From an uncultured Chloroflexia bacterium (GTDB lineage: Bacteria > Chloroflexota > Limnocylindria > Limnocylindrales > CSP1-4), in assembly GCA_963850555.1 (NCBI GenBank), contig CAWKLT010000023.1:3257-67256 (forward strand): a stretch of 64,000 nucleotides of DNA. Reading direction: 5' to 3'. The notes beneath the pieces were generated by a model, which was given only the letters and a program-made list of their open reading frames with translations, was not told the origin of the DNA and made no database searches. Shown here one piece after another: positions 44,668 through 55,755 of this stretch. Positions within the stretch are counted from its first letter, which is position 1; each line of letters begins with the position of its first letter. The position numbers were made by a program, and so were the translations under genes.

Positions 44668-45803
44668 CGGCCACCCAGACCGCGGTGCCATCCGACGGCG
44701 GCGCCTCCCCGACGGCCACCACGGCGCCACTGGTCCAGGTCAAGGACCTCGTGAAGCACTTCCCGGTCCACGGCGGGATCCTCCAACGGCAGGTCGGCCT
44801 CGTCCAGGCCGTGGACGGCGTCAGCTTCGAGATCCGGCGCGGCGAAACGCTCGGCCTCGTCGGCGAGTCGGGCTGCGGCAAGACCACGGTCGGTCGGTTG
44901 CTCCTGCGCCTCATCGACCCGACGTCGGGCACCATCCTGTTCGATGGCAAGGACATCACCAAGGTCAAGGGCGCCGCGCTGAAGCCGTACCGGCGGCGGA
45001 TGCAGATCATCTTCCAGGACCCGTACGCCAGCCTCGACCCTCGCACGCCGATCAGCGACAGCATCGGCGAGGGCCTCAGGATCCATGGGATCGGGACTTC
45101 GGCGGAGCGCCGCAAGAAGGTCAGCCGGATCATGGACATGGTCGGCCTGCAGCCGTATCACGCACGGCGCTACCCGCACGAGTTCAGTGGCGGCCAGCGT
45201 CAGCGCATCGGCATCGCCCGGGCGCTCGTGCTCGAGCCCGACCTCGTCGTCTGCGACGAGCCCGTGTCGGCCCTCGACGTGTCCATCCAGGCCCAGGTCC
45301 TCAACCTGCTCAACTCGCTCCAGCGCGAGCTCGGGCTGACCTACGTGTTCGTCGCCCACAACATGGGCGTGGTCGAGCACATCAGCGACCGGGTCGCGGT
45401 GATGTACCTGGGCCGGATCGCTGAGCTCGCCGACCGGCGCGAGCTGTTCCGCCACCAGGAGCACCCGTACACCGCGGCCCTCATGTCCTCCATCCCGGTC
45501 CCCGACCCGGAGATCCGCCGCCAGCGGGTGATCCTGACCGGCGACGTGCCGAGCCCGGTCAACCCGCCGTCCGGCTGCCGCTTCCACCCGCGCTGCCCCC
45601 TTCGCGCGGAGCTGGGCGACCCCGAGATCTGCGCGGCGGAGGTCCCGCCCCTGATCGACCTCGGCACCGAGCACCTGTGCGCCTGCCACTTCCGCCAGCC
45701 GGGCGAAACGGCGCACGCGAGTCCCGGGGCCGCGACGATCGGCACCGATGGGCCAGCCACGACCCAGGCAGGCGCTGCCGCGCCGTCCGCCGAGGCCGGC
45801 TGA
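44664..45803 (+). CDS. Opp/Dpp-type ABC transporter ATP-binding protein (OppF-like)
   Basis: The ATG at 44664 overlaps the upstream stop (ATGA). [52 protein letters not shown]. Confidence 0.9.
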   Translation: MTATQTAVPSDGGASPTATTAPLVQVKDLVKHFPVHGGILQRQVGLVQAVDGVSFEIRRGETLGLVGESGCGKTTVGRLLLRLIDPTSGTILFDGKDITKVKGAALKPYRRRMQIIFQDPYASLDPRTPISDSIGEGLRIHGIGTSAERRKKVSRIMDMVGLQPYHARRYPHEFSGGQRQRIGIARALVLEPDLVVCDEPVSALDVSIQAQVLNLLNSLQRELGLTYVFVAHNMGVVEHISDRVAVMYLGRIAELADRRELFRHQEHPYTAALMSSIPVPDPEIRRQRVILTGDVPSPVNPPSGCRFHPRCPLRAELGDPEICAAEVPPLIDLGTEHLCACHFRQPGETAHASPGAATIGTDGPATTQAGAAAPSAEAG

Positions 45804-45807
45804 CCCG

Positions 45808-47808
45808 CTACTCGGCGACGTTCGTCAGCGTCTCGATCTCGTGGAACCAGGTGGGCGTGTCCAGGCTGAGTCCCTCCGCGGCCGTCGTCCCGACACTCGC
45901 CCGCAGGCCCTCGCGCGCGATGTCGGACCAGGCGTAGATCACGGGCAGGTCCTGCGAGAGGGCGACGGCGTACTGCTGGTAGGTCTCCGCCCGGAGGGTG
46001 ACGTCCGTCTGGAGACGCCCGGCATCGATCAGCCCATCGACGACAGGATTCTGGTAGCAGATGAAGTTGAACGTGGACGACCGCTCCGCCGACGAGCACT
46101 CGGTGGAGTGGTACAGCCGGAATGGATCGGGCTCCACGGTCGTGTCGAACCCGCCGAAGTACGCGTCGAACGGCCGCCGCGTCTGCGGTGCCGCCGCGTT
46201 GACATGCGGGTAGACGTCGAGCATCCGCACGATCGACGTGAAGGGGACCTCCTTGAACCCGAGCTCGATACCGCACGCGCGGACCTGCTCGGCCACGAGC
46301 TCGAGCCAGCGGGTACGTTCGGGGAACCCTTCGCGGACGGCGACGACGGTCGCGAGGCGGCGGCCGGCCTTCGCGTAGATGCCGTCATCCCCGAGCGTCC
46401 AGCCTGATGCCTCGATGAGCTCCTTGGCGTGTGCGGGATCGGCCGGATACTCGTTGAGGCCCTCGGTCGGGTAGGCCCACGACATCGGCGGGATCTCGCT
46501 GAAGATCGCCATACCGCCCCCATCGGTCGCCGTGGTCGCCGTCGCTCGCTTGTCGAAGCAGTAGGACAACGCCTGGCGAAGATTCCGCTCCAGGAAGAGC
46601 CCGCCGGATTCGGGGTGAAGATTGAAGTAGAGACCCAGGAAGCTCAGCTCCGGGTACTCGGCGACCTGGTAGTCCGGATCGCCACCGATGGCGTCGTCCG
46701 TGGCGTCGTCGAGCGGGAACTGCCAGTCGACGTCACCGCTCGTGAGAGCACCTCCGGCCTCGCTGGCGGTCGCGAACGTCCGGAACGTCACGCGTTTGAT
46801 GGAGGGTGCGCCCAGGAAGTAGTCCTCGTTGGCGACGAGCTCGAGACCAAGCCCGGGATCGTACGAGGCGAACGTGAACGGCCCTGTCCCGATCGGCGCT
46901 TCCTGGAAGTCGAGGTACGGGTACGCCGCTGCCAGCGCATCGATCGGCCGGCTCGTGAACGACGCGTCGATGGCTCGGATGCGAGCCCGGAGGTCGGCGA
47001 CATAGCGATCGACGTTCAGCTCGCCGTCGGTCGTATGGAAGGACTCGCTGGGAAGCTGCATGCCCGCCCGGCGTAGCAACGCCTCGCCATCGGTCCGGAA
47101 CTGCACGTAGTCCACGGCGCCGTCTGGACCGGTCGGGCTCGCCTCCTCGGCCGAGATGCGCTCGAGGTAGCCCGTCACCTCCCGGACCGTGACCGCCTCG
47201 ACACCCCGCTCGAAACGGGTGAACGACGCATCGACCGCATCCTTGCTCTCGATCCACAACCCGAGTTGCGTCGTGGCGAAGCTCGCGGACGGGGAGCGGA
47301 GCGTGAAGACGACGGTGTGGTCGTCGAGCTTGGCGACCTTCTCGAGGACCGTGGTCAGACAGAGCCGCCGCGTGAACCGGCAATTGGCGCTTCTGGCCAG
47401 CTCGTACGTCTGGACGACGTCATCGGCCGTGAGCGGGGTCCCGTCATGGAACGCGACATCGTCCCGGAGCGCGACGGTCCAGGTCAGGCCGTCGGGTGAG
47501 ACCGTCGCGACGTCACGCGCGAGGACCGGGATGGGCCTCAGGCGTTCGTCATACCCGTACAGGCCGTTGTAGAGGAACGCCGCGGCCCGGGCCGTCGGGA
47601 CGCCGTCGGCGGTGTTCGACAGCCCTCCGACGAGTTCGCCGGGAATCCCCACGGTCAGGGTCTGCTCGGGGGGCGCGGTCGGTGACGGCGAGGGAGCCGG
47701 CGTGGGAGCCACCGAGGACCTCGGTGACGGCGCTGGCGCGCTCCCGCACGCGGCGACCAGGATGGCCAGGATCGCGGCCAGGAGCGGTCGGGGACGAGTC
47801 CGATCCAT
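45808..47808 (-). CDS. Family-5 ABC substrate-binding lipoprotein (large, 666 aa), no adjacent permease of its own
   Basis: MDRTRPRPLLAAILAILVAAC (lipobox) plus a Pro/Ala/Ser linker. It has the canonical order: …LTVGIPGE…FLYNGLYGYDERLRPIPVLARDVATVSPDGLTWTVALRDDVAFHDGTPLTADDVVQTY… …PIGTGPFTFASYDPG…. Confidence 0.85.
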   Translation of the reverse strand: MDRTRPRPLLAAILAILVAACGSAPAPSPRSSVAPTPAPSPSPTAPPEQTLTVGIPGELVGGLSNTADGVPTARAAAFLYNGLYGYDERLRPIPVLARDVATVSPDGLTWTVALRDDVAFHDGTPLTADDVVQTYELARSANCRFTRRLCLTTVLEKVAKLDDHTVVFTLRSPSASFATTQLGLWIESKDAVDASFTRFERGVEAVTVREVTGYLERISAEEASPTGPDGAVDYVQFRTDGEALLRRAGMQLPSESFHTTDGELNVDRYVADLRARIRAIDASFTSRPIDALAAAYPYLDFQEAPIGTGPFTFASYDPGLGLELVANEDYFLGAPSIKRVTFRTFATASEAGGALTSGDVDWQFPLDDATDDAIGGDPDYQVAEYPELSFLGLYFNLHPESGGLFLERNLRQALSYCFDKRATATTATDGGGMAIFSEIPPMSWAYPTEGLNEYPADPAHAKELIEASGWTLGDDGIYAKAGRRLATVVAVREGFPERTRWLELVAEQVRACGIELGFKEVPFTSIVRMLDVYPHVNAAAPQTRRPFDAYFGGFDTTVEPDPFRLYHSTECSSAERSSTFNFICYQNPVVDGLIDAGRLQTDVTLRAETYQQYAVALSQDLPVIYAWSDIAREGLRASVGTTAAEGLSLDTPTWFHEIETLTNVAE

Positions 47809-47903
47809 CCGAGGTCACTCCCGTTGGCCGACCGGTGTCCGCGGCGAAGCCCATCGCCGCCGTTGCCGTCCCGCGTAGGGTGCCCGAGACGAGCGAGATC
47901 CGC

Positions 47904-49196
47904 TTACGCGGTGGGGGACTGCGTGTCGGAACCTTCGGTCGCTTCGGCTTCCTCGACCTCGATCCCTGCCTCGACCACGATCGGGGCCTCGAGGTGCGTG
48001 GCGTCGGTCGCGTCCGCGGCGGCGGGGTCCGCGACCTTCTCGGCCGCCAGGTAGGCCAGCGCGGCGTCCGGCGTCCCGTGCCGGACCGGACGGTCGTCGA
48101 TGTGGGCCACGCCGACGTCGGTCTTCTGGGCCTCCGCGGAGTAGTGGCAGGCCGCGCGGTGCTCGCCTTCGAGAACCATCAGCTCCGGATCGTCGGTCCG
48201 ACAGTTCTCGGGCTGCCCGAGGCGCTCGTACAGCCAGCAGCGCGTGTGGAACCGGCAGCCCGACGGCGGGTTGACCGGACTCGGGACGTCGCCCTTGAGG
48301 ATCACGCGCTTGCGCTTGCGCTCGGCGGTCGGATCCGGCACCGGCACGGCGGACAGCAATGCCCGTGTGTACGGGTGACCCGGTACCGAGTAAAGCTGAT
48401 CCGGTGGCCCGATCTCGACGATCTTGCCCAGATACATCACGGCGACGCGATCGCTGATGTGCTTCACGACCGACAGGTCGTGCGCGACGAACAGGTAGGT
48501 CAGGCCCAGCCGCTTGCGCAGGTCGCCGAGCAGGTTCAGCACCTGCGCCTGGATCGAGACGTCGAGGGCCGAGATGGGCTCGTCGCAGACGATGAACTCG
48601 GGCTCCACGGCGAGCGCGCGAGCGACACCGATGCGCTGTCGCTGGCCACCACTGAACTCGTGCGGGTAGCGCTGGACGTAGTTGGGGTCCAGCCCGACCA
48701 GGGCCAGGAGCTCGGCCACGCGGTCGCGCTTCGCCTGGCCCTTCGCCAGCCCGTGGGTCTCGAGCGGCTCGCTCACGATCGATCCGACGGTCATGCGCGG
48801 ATCCAGCGAGCCATACGGGTCCTGGAAGATGATCTGCATCTTGCGGCGCATCTTGCGCAGCTTCTCGGCGTCGAGGTTGCCGAGGTCCGTGCCATCGAAA
48901 TAGACGTGTCCGCTCGTCGGCTCGCGAAGCCGGATCATGGCGCGGCCGATGGTGCTCTTGCCGCAGCCGGACTCGCCGACGAGACCCAGGATCTCGCCGC
49001 GCCGGACGTCGAAGGTCACCCCGTCAACGGCCTTGACCGACCCCTGGACGGACTTGAAGATGCCCGATCGGATCGGGAAATGGACCTTGAGGTCGTCGAC
49101 CTCGACGATATTCCTGGTATCGGTGACGTGCGCTGCGGATGCTGGCTCGGCCGTGGCCGTCACGGGATCCAACCATCCGGTTCGGTCGCCCAGCAA
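47904..49196 (-). CDS. Opp-type ABC ATP-binding protein (OppF-like) with ~100-aa acidic C-terminal extension
   Basis: 430 aa. [52 protein letters not shown]. The tail is …[22 protein letters not shown]. The start is uncertain because of a 37-nt overlap with the upstream gene. Confidence 0.85.
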   Translation of the reverse strand: MLGDRTGWLDPVTATAEPASAAHVTDTRNIVEVDDLKVHFPIRSGIFKSVQGSVKAVDGVTFDVRRGEILGLVGESGCGKSTIGRAMIRLREPTSGHVYFDGTDLGNLDAEKLRKMRRKMQIIFQDPYGSLDPRMTVGSIVSEPLETHGLAKGQAKRDRVAELLALVGLDPNYVQRYPHEFSGGQRQRIGVARALAVEPEFIVCDEPISALDVSIQAQVLNLLGDLRKRLGLTYLFVAHDLSVVKHISDRVAVMYLGKIVEIGPPDQLYSVPGHPYTRALLSAVPVPDPTAERKRKRVILKGDVPSPVNPPSGCRFHTRCWLYERLGQPENCRTDDPELMVLEGEHRAACHYSAEAQKTDVGVAHIDDRPVRHGTPDAALAYLAAEKVADPAAADATDATHLEAPIVVEAGIEVEEAEATEGSDTQSPTA

Positions 49197-50269
49197 CGCG
49201 CGTAATGGCTCTCCGAACCGCGTTGCGTCAACTCAGGCTCGTCCTCACGGCAGATCTCGCGTTCGTAGATGCAGCGCGGATGGAAGCGGCACGCATCGGG
49301 TGGCTTGATGAGCAGCGGCGGCAGCCCCTCGATCGTGCGCAGGCGCTCGCCCTTCACGTCGTCGATGCGCGGGAGCGAGTCGAGAAGGCCCCAGGCGTAG
49401 GGCATCCGGGGATTGTCGAACAGCTCATCGATCGTGGCGGTCTCCACGATGCGGCCCGCGTACATGACGTTGACCCGGTCGCACATCCCGGCGGCGATGC
49501 CGAGGTCGTGGGTGATCATCAGGACAGCCGTGTGGAACTCGTCGGCGAGCTTGGCGATGAGCTCCAGGATCTGGGCCTGGATGGTCACGTCGAGCGCGGT
49601 CGTCGGTTCGTCGGCGAGGATGAGCTTCGGGTCGCACGAGAGCGCGATCGCGATCATGACGCGCTGGCGCATGCCGCCCGAGAACTGGAACGGGTAGTCG
49701 TTCAGGCGATCCGCCGCCCGCGGGATGCCGACCTTGCTCAGGAGGTCCACGACGCGGTCGCGAGCGGCCTTCTGGGACAGGCCCATGTGCTCGCGGATGG
49801 CCTCCGCGATCTGGTAGCCGATGGTCAACGTGGGATTGAGGCTGGTGAGCGGATCCTGGAAGATGAAGCCGATCTCACTCCCGCGCAGCTTGCGCACATC
49901 GTCCTGGCTGAGCTTGAGGACGTCGATCCCGTCGAAGATGATCTCGCCGGCCACGATCTGGCCGGGAGGATCGGGCACCAGCCGGGCGATCGAGAGCGCC
50001 GTGACGCTCTTGCCGCACCCGGATTCGCCGACGAGACCGAGCGTCTCGCCGTAGCCAAGCTCGAAGCTCACGTCGTCGACCGCCTGGATGACTCCATCGG
50101 GCGTGAAGAAGTGGGTCGACAGGCCGGTCACCTTGAGGAGGACGTCCGCCTTCTGGCCGGCGGGCCGGGCGTCCTTGCGCTCGAGCTGTTCGCGCCGCAC
50201 GTCTTCGGGGGACAGCTCGATCACGGTCGGCGCCTCGGCGGCCGACACGGATCGTTCGGGTGTCGTCAC
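49160..50269 (-). CDS. Opp-type ABC ATP-binding protein (OppD-like)
   Basis: 369 aa. [39 protein letters not shown], and a C-terminal CRFHPRC…ARCW Cys-rich motif. Confidence 0.9.
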   Translation of the reverse strand: MTTPERSVSAAEAPTVIELSPEDVRREQLERKDARPAGQKADVLLKVTGLSTHFFTPDGVIQAVDDVSFELGYGETLGLVGESGCGKSVTALSIARLVPDPPGQIVAGEIIFDGIDVLKLSQDDVRKLRGSEIGFIFQDPLTSLNPTLTIGYQIAEAIREHMGLSQKAARDRVVDLLSKVGIPRAADRLNDYPFQFSGGMRQRVMIAIALSCDPKLILADEPTTALDVTIQAQILELIAKLADEFHTAVLMITHDLGIAAGMCDRVNVMYAGRIVETATIDELFDNPRMPYAWGLLDSLPRIDDVKGERLRTIEGLPPLLIKPPDACRFHPRCIYEREICREDEPELTQRGSESHYARCWATEPDGWIP

Positions 50270-50270
50270 C

Positions 50271-51215
50271 CTACTGCTTTCCCTTCAGCTTCGGATCGAG
50301 CGCGTCACGCAGGCCGTCGCCCAGGAACGTGAAGCCGATGAGCGCCAACGCGATGGCGATGGCCGGGAACGTGACGAGGTGGGGCTCCGAGCGGATCCAC
50401 TTCTGGCCCTCCGCGATCAGGCTGCCCCACGAGGCCCGCGGCGGCTGGACGCCGATGCCGATGTAGGCCAGCGTCGCCTCGGCCAGGATCGCGCCGGGGA
50501 TGCCCAGGGTGATGGCCACGATGATCGGCCCCATGCCGTTGGGCAGCAGGTGTCGGGTCACGATGCGACGGTCCTTGACGCCGATCGCCCGGGCGGCCTC
50601 GACGAACTCCGTCTCCTTGAGCGCCAGCATCTGCCCGCGCACGAGACGGGCGACGGTCACCCACGACGTGATGCCGATGGCGACGAAGACCATCAACAAG
50701 CCATCGATGGCCTGGCCGAACGCGGTGTCACGGAAGGCCACCGACAACAGGATGATGAACAGCAGGTCGGGGAAGGCGTAGATGATGTCGGTGAAGCGCA
50801 TCAGCAGGTTGTCGACGCGGCCACCGAACCAGCCGGCCAGGGCCCCGATCGGGACGCCGAGCGTCAAGATGACGATCTGGACCACGAAGGCCACGCTCAC
50901 GCTGATCCGCGCGCCATCCAGCAGGCGACTCAACAGGTCGCGCCCGAGCTGGTCCGTGCCCAGGATGTGATTTGGCGAACCCGGCGGCAGTGGCCCGCCA
51001 CCGGCGGCAGCCACGGCCTTGAGGTCCTGCGCCTGGTACGGCCACGGGGCCAGGAGCGGGCCGAAGATGCCGAAGAACAGGAGCAGGCTGACGAGCACGA
51101 GGCCGAAGAGGGCGAGCCGGTTCTTCCGCAGCCGGCTCCAGGCATCGGCCCACAGACCCGCGGAACGCCGCGGACGGACGAGCGTGCCGGGTACGGGTCG
51201 GCTGATGGTCGCCAT
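50271..51215 (-). CDS. Opp-type ABC permease (OppC-like)
   Basis: 314 aa. …ILGTDQLGRDLLSRLLDGARISV…MRFTDIIYAFPDLLFIILL…FVEAARAIGVKDRRIVTRHLLPN…FLGDGLRDALDPKL. Confidence 0.88.
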   Translation of the reverse strand: MATISRPVPGTLVRPRRSAGLWADAWSRLRKNRLALFGLVLVSLLLFFGIFGPLLAPWPYQAQDLKAVAAAGGGPLPPGSPNHILGTDQLGRDLLSRLLDGARISVSVAFVVQIVILTLGVPIGALAGWFGGRVDNLLMRFTDIIYAFPDLLFIILLSVAFRDTAFGQAIDGLLMVFVAIGITSWVTVARLVRGQMLALKETEFVEAARAIGVKDRRIVTRHLLPNGMGPIIVAITLGIPGAILAEATLAYIGIGVQPPRASWGSLIAEGQKWIRSEPHLVTFPAIAIALALIGFTFLGDGLRDALDPKLKGKQ

Positions 51216-51230
51216 CGCTGTCAGGGCCTC

Positions 51231-52149
51231 CTAGCTATAGCGGATGCGCGGGTCGATGTAGGCGTACAGCACATCCACCACGACGTTGAGGAAGGCCACG
51301 GCAAAGGCGTACATCATGGTCATCGCCATCAGCAGGCTGTAGTCGCGGGTCGTGATCGAGTTGAGGTAGAACTGACCGACGCCCGGGATGTTGAAGATGC
51401 GCTCGATGATGAAGGAGCCCGTGACCAGGAAGGCAAGGGTCGGCCCGAGGATCGTCACGACGGGGATCAGCGCATTGCGGATCATGTGCCGGTTGACGAC
51501 CGCACTCCGCTGCAGGCCCTTGCTCTGGGCGGTCCGGATGTAGTCCTTCCGCGTCACCTCCAGCATGGAGGCTCGCGTGTAGCGAGCGATCACGGCGATC
51601 GGGAAGCCCGCGAGCGCGATCGGTCGGGAGGACCCACGTCTCGGGTCCCTTCCAGCCTCCGGTCGGGAACCATCCCAGGTTCACGGCGAAGACGATGATG
51701 AGCAGGATCCCCAGCACGAAACTGGGCGTGGCGATGCCCACGATGGATAAGCTCGTGGAGAGGTAGTCGGGCCAGCGGTTGTGGCCGAGGGCGGCAAAGA
51801 TGCCGAGCGGGATGCCGACGATCACCGACAGGATGAACGCCATGACACCGAGCTGGACCGTCGTCATCAGTCCGTCCGCCACGATGTCATTCACGCGCCG
51901 GTCCTGGAACCGATAGGACGGCCCGAGGTCACCGGTGACGAAGTCCGCAGCCCAATTGATGTACTGGGCGTAGAGCGGCTGGTCCAGGCCGTATTCCTGG
52001 TTGAGCCGGGCGACGACCGACGCCGGCAGCCGCTTCTCCTGGTCCCACGGCCCACCCGGGACCGCATGCATGAGGGTGAATGTGATGACCGAGACGACGA
52101 ACAGGACCGGGATGATCCACAGGATCCGCCGCGCGATATAGGTGATCAC
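51231..52149 (-). pseudogene. Opp-type ABC permease (OppB-like), one frame break (~51621-51624)
   Basis: MITYIARRILWIIPVLFVVSVITFTLMHAVPGGPWD…GWFPTGGWKGPETWVLP is in ORF 51235..52149. It continues as IALAGFPIAVIARYTRASMLEVTRKDYIRTAQSKGLQRSAVVNRHMIRNALIPVVT…YAYIDPRIRYS* in ORF 51231..51593. Confidence 0.88.
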
Positions 52150-52248
52150 GGCCTCGCGCCTTTCGATCGTGCCGGGCGACTATTCAGGACCTGATCGATC
52201 GTGGGGCCGGCCGAGGCCGGCCCCACAGGGAGATCGTCCGGGGGACGA

Positions 52249-54012
52249 TCAGTGCTCGAGGATCTGGATGGTCTCGTAGAAGTGCTCGCCCGGGGACGTG
52301 GAGTCCATCGGGGTCTTGGTGAGACCGGTCACGTACGGCTTCACGAGGGCCGGCCGTGCCGGGAACAGCAGGAAGAGCGACGCGGCCTCGTCGGCCATGA
52401 TCGTCTGGGCCTGCACGTACAGCTCGGCCTGCTTCGCCTGGTCGGGCTCCGCAGCCGCCTGCAGGAGCAGGGCGTCGAACTCGTCGTTGCACCACTGCTG
52501 GTCGTTGTTGCCGCCACCGCAGGTGAACAGGCCATTGAGCTGGTTGTTCGCGTGCGGGTAGTCGGCTCCCCAGCCGTTGCGGGCGATGTCGTACTCACCA
52601 GCGGTGCGCTGGGTGAGGAAGACGCCGAACTCGCTGCCGATCTGCTCGGTCTCCAGGCCGAACGCCGTTCGCCAGGCCTCGGCGAGGAAGGCGACTCGCG
52701 GCTCGTGGCCGCCGCCCGTGTTGAAGCCGAACTTGAGCGGCGGGATCTCGGCGGCACTCGCGAAGCCGAGCTCGGCCAGCGCCTTGTCCATGCTGGCCTG
52801 GGCTGCCGTCAGGTCGAACGGATACGGATTGATGGCCTCGGAATACCCGGGGATGCCCGGCATCACGAAGCTGTTGGCGACCTGGCCGAGGCCGGCGAAG
52901 GTCGTGTCGAGGAAGGACTGCTTGTCGATCGCCTGGGTGAGGGCGATCCGGAAGTTCTTGTTGGCCGTCGGGCAGGCCTTGGGATCCTCGCAGCGAGCGA
53001 GCTTCTTCTTGCCCGTCGGATCGTTGCCGTTGTTGAAGTTGTAGTAGGTGATCCCGAGCTGCGGATCCGACAGGAACTCCGCGCCCATGACCGGGTCTTC
53101 CTGGACCCGCGGAACATCCTCGCTCGCGACCGGCATGATGATGTCGACTTCGTTCGTCTCGTACGCCGCCTGGGCCGCTGCCGGCTCCGCGTACATCGGC
53201 ATCTGGATCTCAGTCAGCGTCGGCTTGACGTCGCCGTACCAGTTCGGGTTCGGCTTCAGGATGATCTGGCTGTTGTGGTCCCACGTGTCGAGCATGAACG
53301 GTCCCGAGCTGACGTAGTTCGCCGCCTCGGTCGCGCCCTCGGACGTGATCCACTTCTCCTGGATCGGCACGCCGACCCACAGGGTCATCGCCGACAGGAA
53401 GTACGTGGCCGGGGTGTCGAGCGTGACGACAAAGGTCTTGTCGTCCGGCGCCGCGACGCCCAGCTTCTCGAGGGCCGCGTCGACCTCGGCGTCCGGGGTG
53501 GCCGGGTCAGCGCCCGCCATGGCGAGCAGGTCCCCGGCTCCGGCGACCTCGGCCATCACGTAGCTGTACGGGGCCGCGGTGCGCGGGTCGACGAGTCGCT
53601 TCCAGCTGTAGACGAGGTCAGCGGCGACGATCGGGTCGCCATTGCTGTACTTCGCATCGCGCAGATGGAAGGTCAGGGTCTTGGCATCAGCCGAGATCTC
53701 GTGCGATTCGGCGAGGGCATCGACGACATTGAGGTCCTTGTCGATGTACACGAGCGGGCGATGCAGCGCGCGAAGGACCGCCAACGAGTTCGCGTCCTGC
53801 GCGGTGTTGGGATCGAGTGTCGGGGGTTCGCCGGGAAGGGCGATCCGAACGACCTGCTCGGCGGCCAGGCCACCAGAAGCGGGCGGCGCGGACGCGTCAC
53901 CGGACGCGACGGGGCCCGAGGCGGCCGGCGGGGCCGTAGTGGTGGTTGCTCCGCCGCACGCGGCCATCACGATGGCAGCGGTGGCTAGCAAACCCAAGAG
54001 ACGCTTATGCAT
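52249..54012 (-). CDS. Family-5 ABC substrate-binding lipoprotein (canonical domain order)
   Basis: 587 aa. MHKRLLGLLATAAIVMAAC (lipobox). …VVRIALPGEPPTLDPNTAQDANS…LTFHLRDAKYSNGDPIVAADLVYSW… …SSGPFMLDTWDHNSQIILKPNPNWYG… …GWGADYPHANN…. GGAGGAGAAC precedes the ATG. Confidence 0.9.
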   Translation of the reverse strand: MHKRLLGLLATAAIVMAACGGATTTTAPPAASGPVASGDASAPPASGGLAAEQVVRIALPGEPPTLDPNTAQDANSLAVLRALHRPLVYIDKDLNVVDALAESHEISADAKTLTFHLRDAKYSNGDPIVAADLVYSWKRLVDPRTAAPYSYVMAEVAGAGDLLAMAGADPATPDAEVDAALEKLGVAAPDDKTFVVTLDTPATYFLSAMTLWVGVPIQEKWITSEGATEAANYVSSGPFMLDTWDHNSQIILKPNPNWYGDVKPTLTEIQMPMYAEPAAAQAAYETNEVDIIMPVASEDVPRVQEDPVMGAEFLSDPQLGITYYNFNNGNDPTGKKKLARCEDPKACPTANKNFRIALTQAIDKQSFLDTTFAGLGQVANSFVMPGIPGYSEAINPYPFDLTAAQASMDKALAELGFASAAEIPPLKFGFNTGGGHEPRVAFLAEAWRTAFGLETEQIGSEFGVFLTQRTAGEYDIARNGWGADYPHANNQLNGLFTCGGGNNDQQWCNDEFDALLLQAAAEPDQAKQAELYVQAQTIMADEAASLFLLFPARPALVKPYVTGLTKTPMDSTSPGEHFYETIQILEH

Positions 54013-54254
54013 CTATGTTCTCCTCCGAACGGGTGGATACCCGATTTCTTCGCATGTGGTCCGAGTGCCGTGCTTGCGAGTGCCGTGGCTCATCGCGGTG
54101 GTCTCTCGCTGAGCCTCCCAACTCGACAAGGGTTCCGGACGAGCGGCAGCACGGTTCGGGTCCGATGCGCTGCGGGTACTATCCACAGCCCTCTCTAGGC
54201 TGTCAAACCTCGAACCTAACGAGCGTTCGGTTGGCTCGCGGTTTGTTCGCCAGT

Positions 54255-55755
54255 TCAGTCCGGGCACGGGGTCTCGGCACCGGCCATCGGGCGCCAGCGC
54301 AGGTTCGGCTGACGCGCGGCCGTGGCCTCATCGAGCCGCTTGACCGGGGCCGTGTGGGGTGCCGATCTTGACCAGTTCGGGCGTCGATTCGGCCTCCGCG
54401 GCGATCGCGATGAGGGCGTCGGCGAACGCGTCGAGGGTCTCGACCGATTCGGTCTCGGTCGGCTCGATCAGCATCCCTTCGTCGACGATCAGCGGGAAGT
54501 AGATGGTCGGCGGATGGAAGCCGAAATCGATGAGTCGCTTGGCGAGGTCCAGCGTCCGGACCCCGGTGCGCGCCTTCAGGCTCGCGGCCGAGGCCACGAA
54601 CTCGTGCTTGCAGGGTCGGTCGTACGGCAGGTCGAACGTGTCCGCCAGGCGTGACTTGAGATAGTTCGCGGCGAGGACCGCATCGTCGCTCACCTCGCGC
54701 AGGCCGCTGCCGCCGTGGGCACGGATATAGGCATACGCGCGCACGAGGACGCCGGTGTTGCCCACGAAGCTGCGCATCCGGCCGATCGAGGTCGGCCGCT
54801 CGTCGGGTCGCTCCAACCGGAACGTGCCGTCGTCCTGCGGGAGCACGCGCGGGGTGGGCAGATACGGCAGCAGCCGCTCCCCTACTCCGACGGGTCCCGC
54901 GCCCGGCCCGCCACCGCCGTGGGGCGTGCTGAACGTCTTGTGGACGTTGAAGTGCATCACGTCGAAACCGGCCTCGCCAGGCTTGAACCGACCAAGGATG
55001 GCGTTGAGATTGGCGCCGTCCATGTAGGCCAGCGCGCCCGCCTCGTGGACGGCGGCAAGGAGCTCCCCGATGCGGCTCTCGAACAGGCCGAGCGTGGATG
55101 GGTTGGTGATCATGACCGCGGCGGTCCGCGGCCCGAGGGCCGCCCGGAACTTGTCGAGGTCGACGCCGCCGTCCGGTGCCGACGGGATCGTGATCGTCCG
55201 GTAGCCGGCCATGGACGCCGTGGCGGGATTGGTCCCGTGCGAGCTGTCCGGCACGAGCACCTCGTCCCGCCCGAGATCGCCGCGCTCGCGGTGATAGGCC
55301 CGGATCATCAGGATGCCGGTGAGCTCTCCCTGGGCACCTGCCGCCGGCTGGAGCGTGACCGCGCGCATGCCGGAGATCTCGGCCAGCGCCGCCTCGAGCT
55401 CCCACAGGAGCTGGAGCGTGCCCTGGGCGATCTCGTCGGGCGCCATCGGGTGCAGCTCGGCGAAGCCCGGCAGGCGGGCCGCCCATTCGTTGAGCTTCGG
55501 GTTGAACTTCATCGTGCACGACCCGAGCGGGTAGAACCCGGTGTCGACCGCGAAATTGAGCTGGGACAGGTTCACGTAGTGGCGAACGACGTCCGGCTCG
55601 TTCATCTCCGGCAGCGCCGGGGGCGTGGCGCGGCGGGCCTCGGCCGGCAGCCGATCGAGGGCGTCCTTGGGTGGGTGGGGGATCTTGCCGCCACCGCGTC
55701 CCGGGCGGCTGCGCTCGAAGAGCGTGGGCTGGAGCCTCGGGCCCGTGACGCTCAT
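54255..55755 (-). pseudogene. gcvPB: Glycine dehydrogenase (decarboxylating) subunit 2 (GcvPB), one frame break (~54364-54368)
   Basis: MSVTGPRLQPTLFERSRPGRGG…YPLGSCTMKFNPK…SSHGTNPATA…MHFNVHKTFSTPHGGGGPG…TPELVK is in ORF 54328..56952. The conserved end (S)APHTAPVKRLDEATAARQPNLRW…* is in a third frame, with its stop at 54257-54255. The ATG overlaps the gcvPA stop (ATGA). Confidence 0.9.

Noticed and set aside
49160-49196. 37-nt overlap between the two minus-strand ABC ATPase genes.
   Set aside because: This is probably just an over-extended start call for the downstream gene. The first conserved residues (…[11 protein letters not shown]) begin well after the overlap, and alternative in-frame starts exist.
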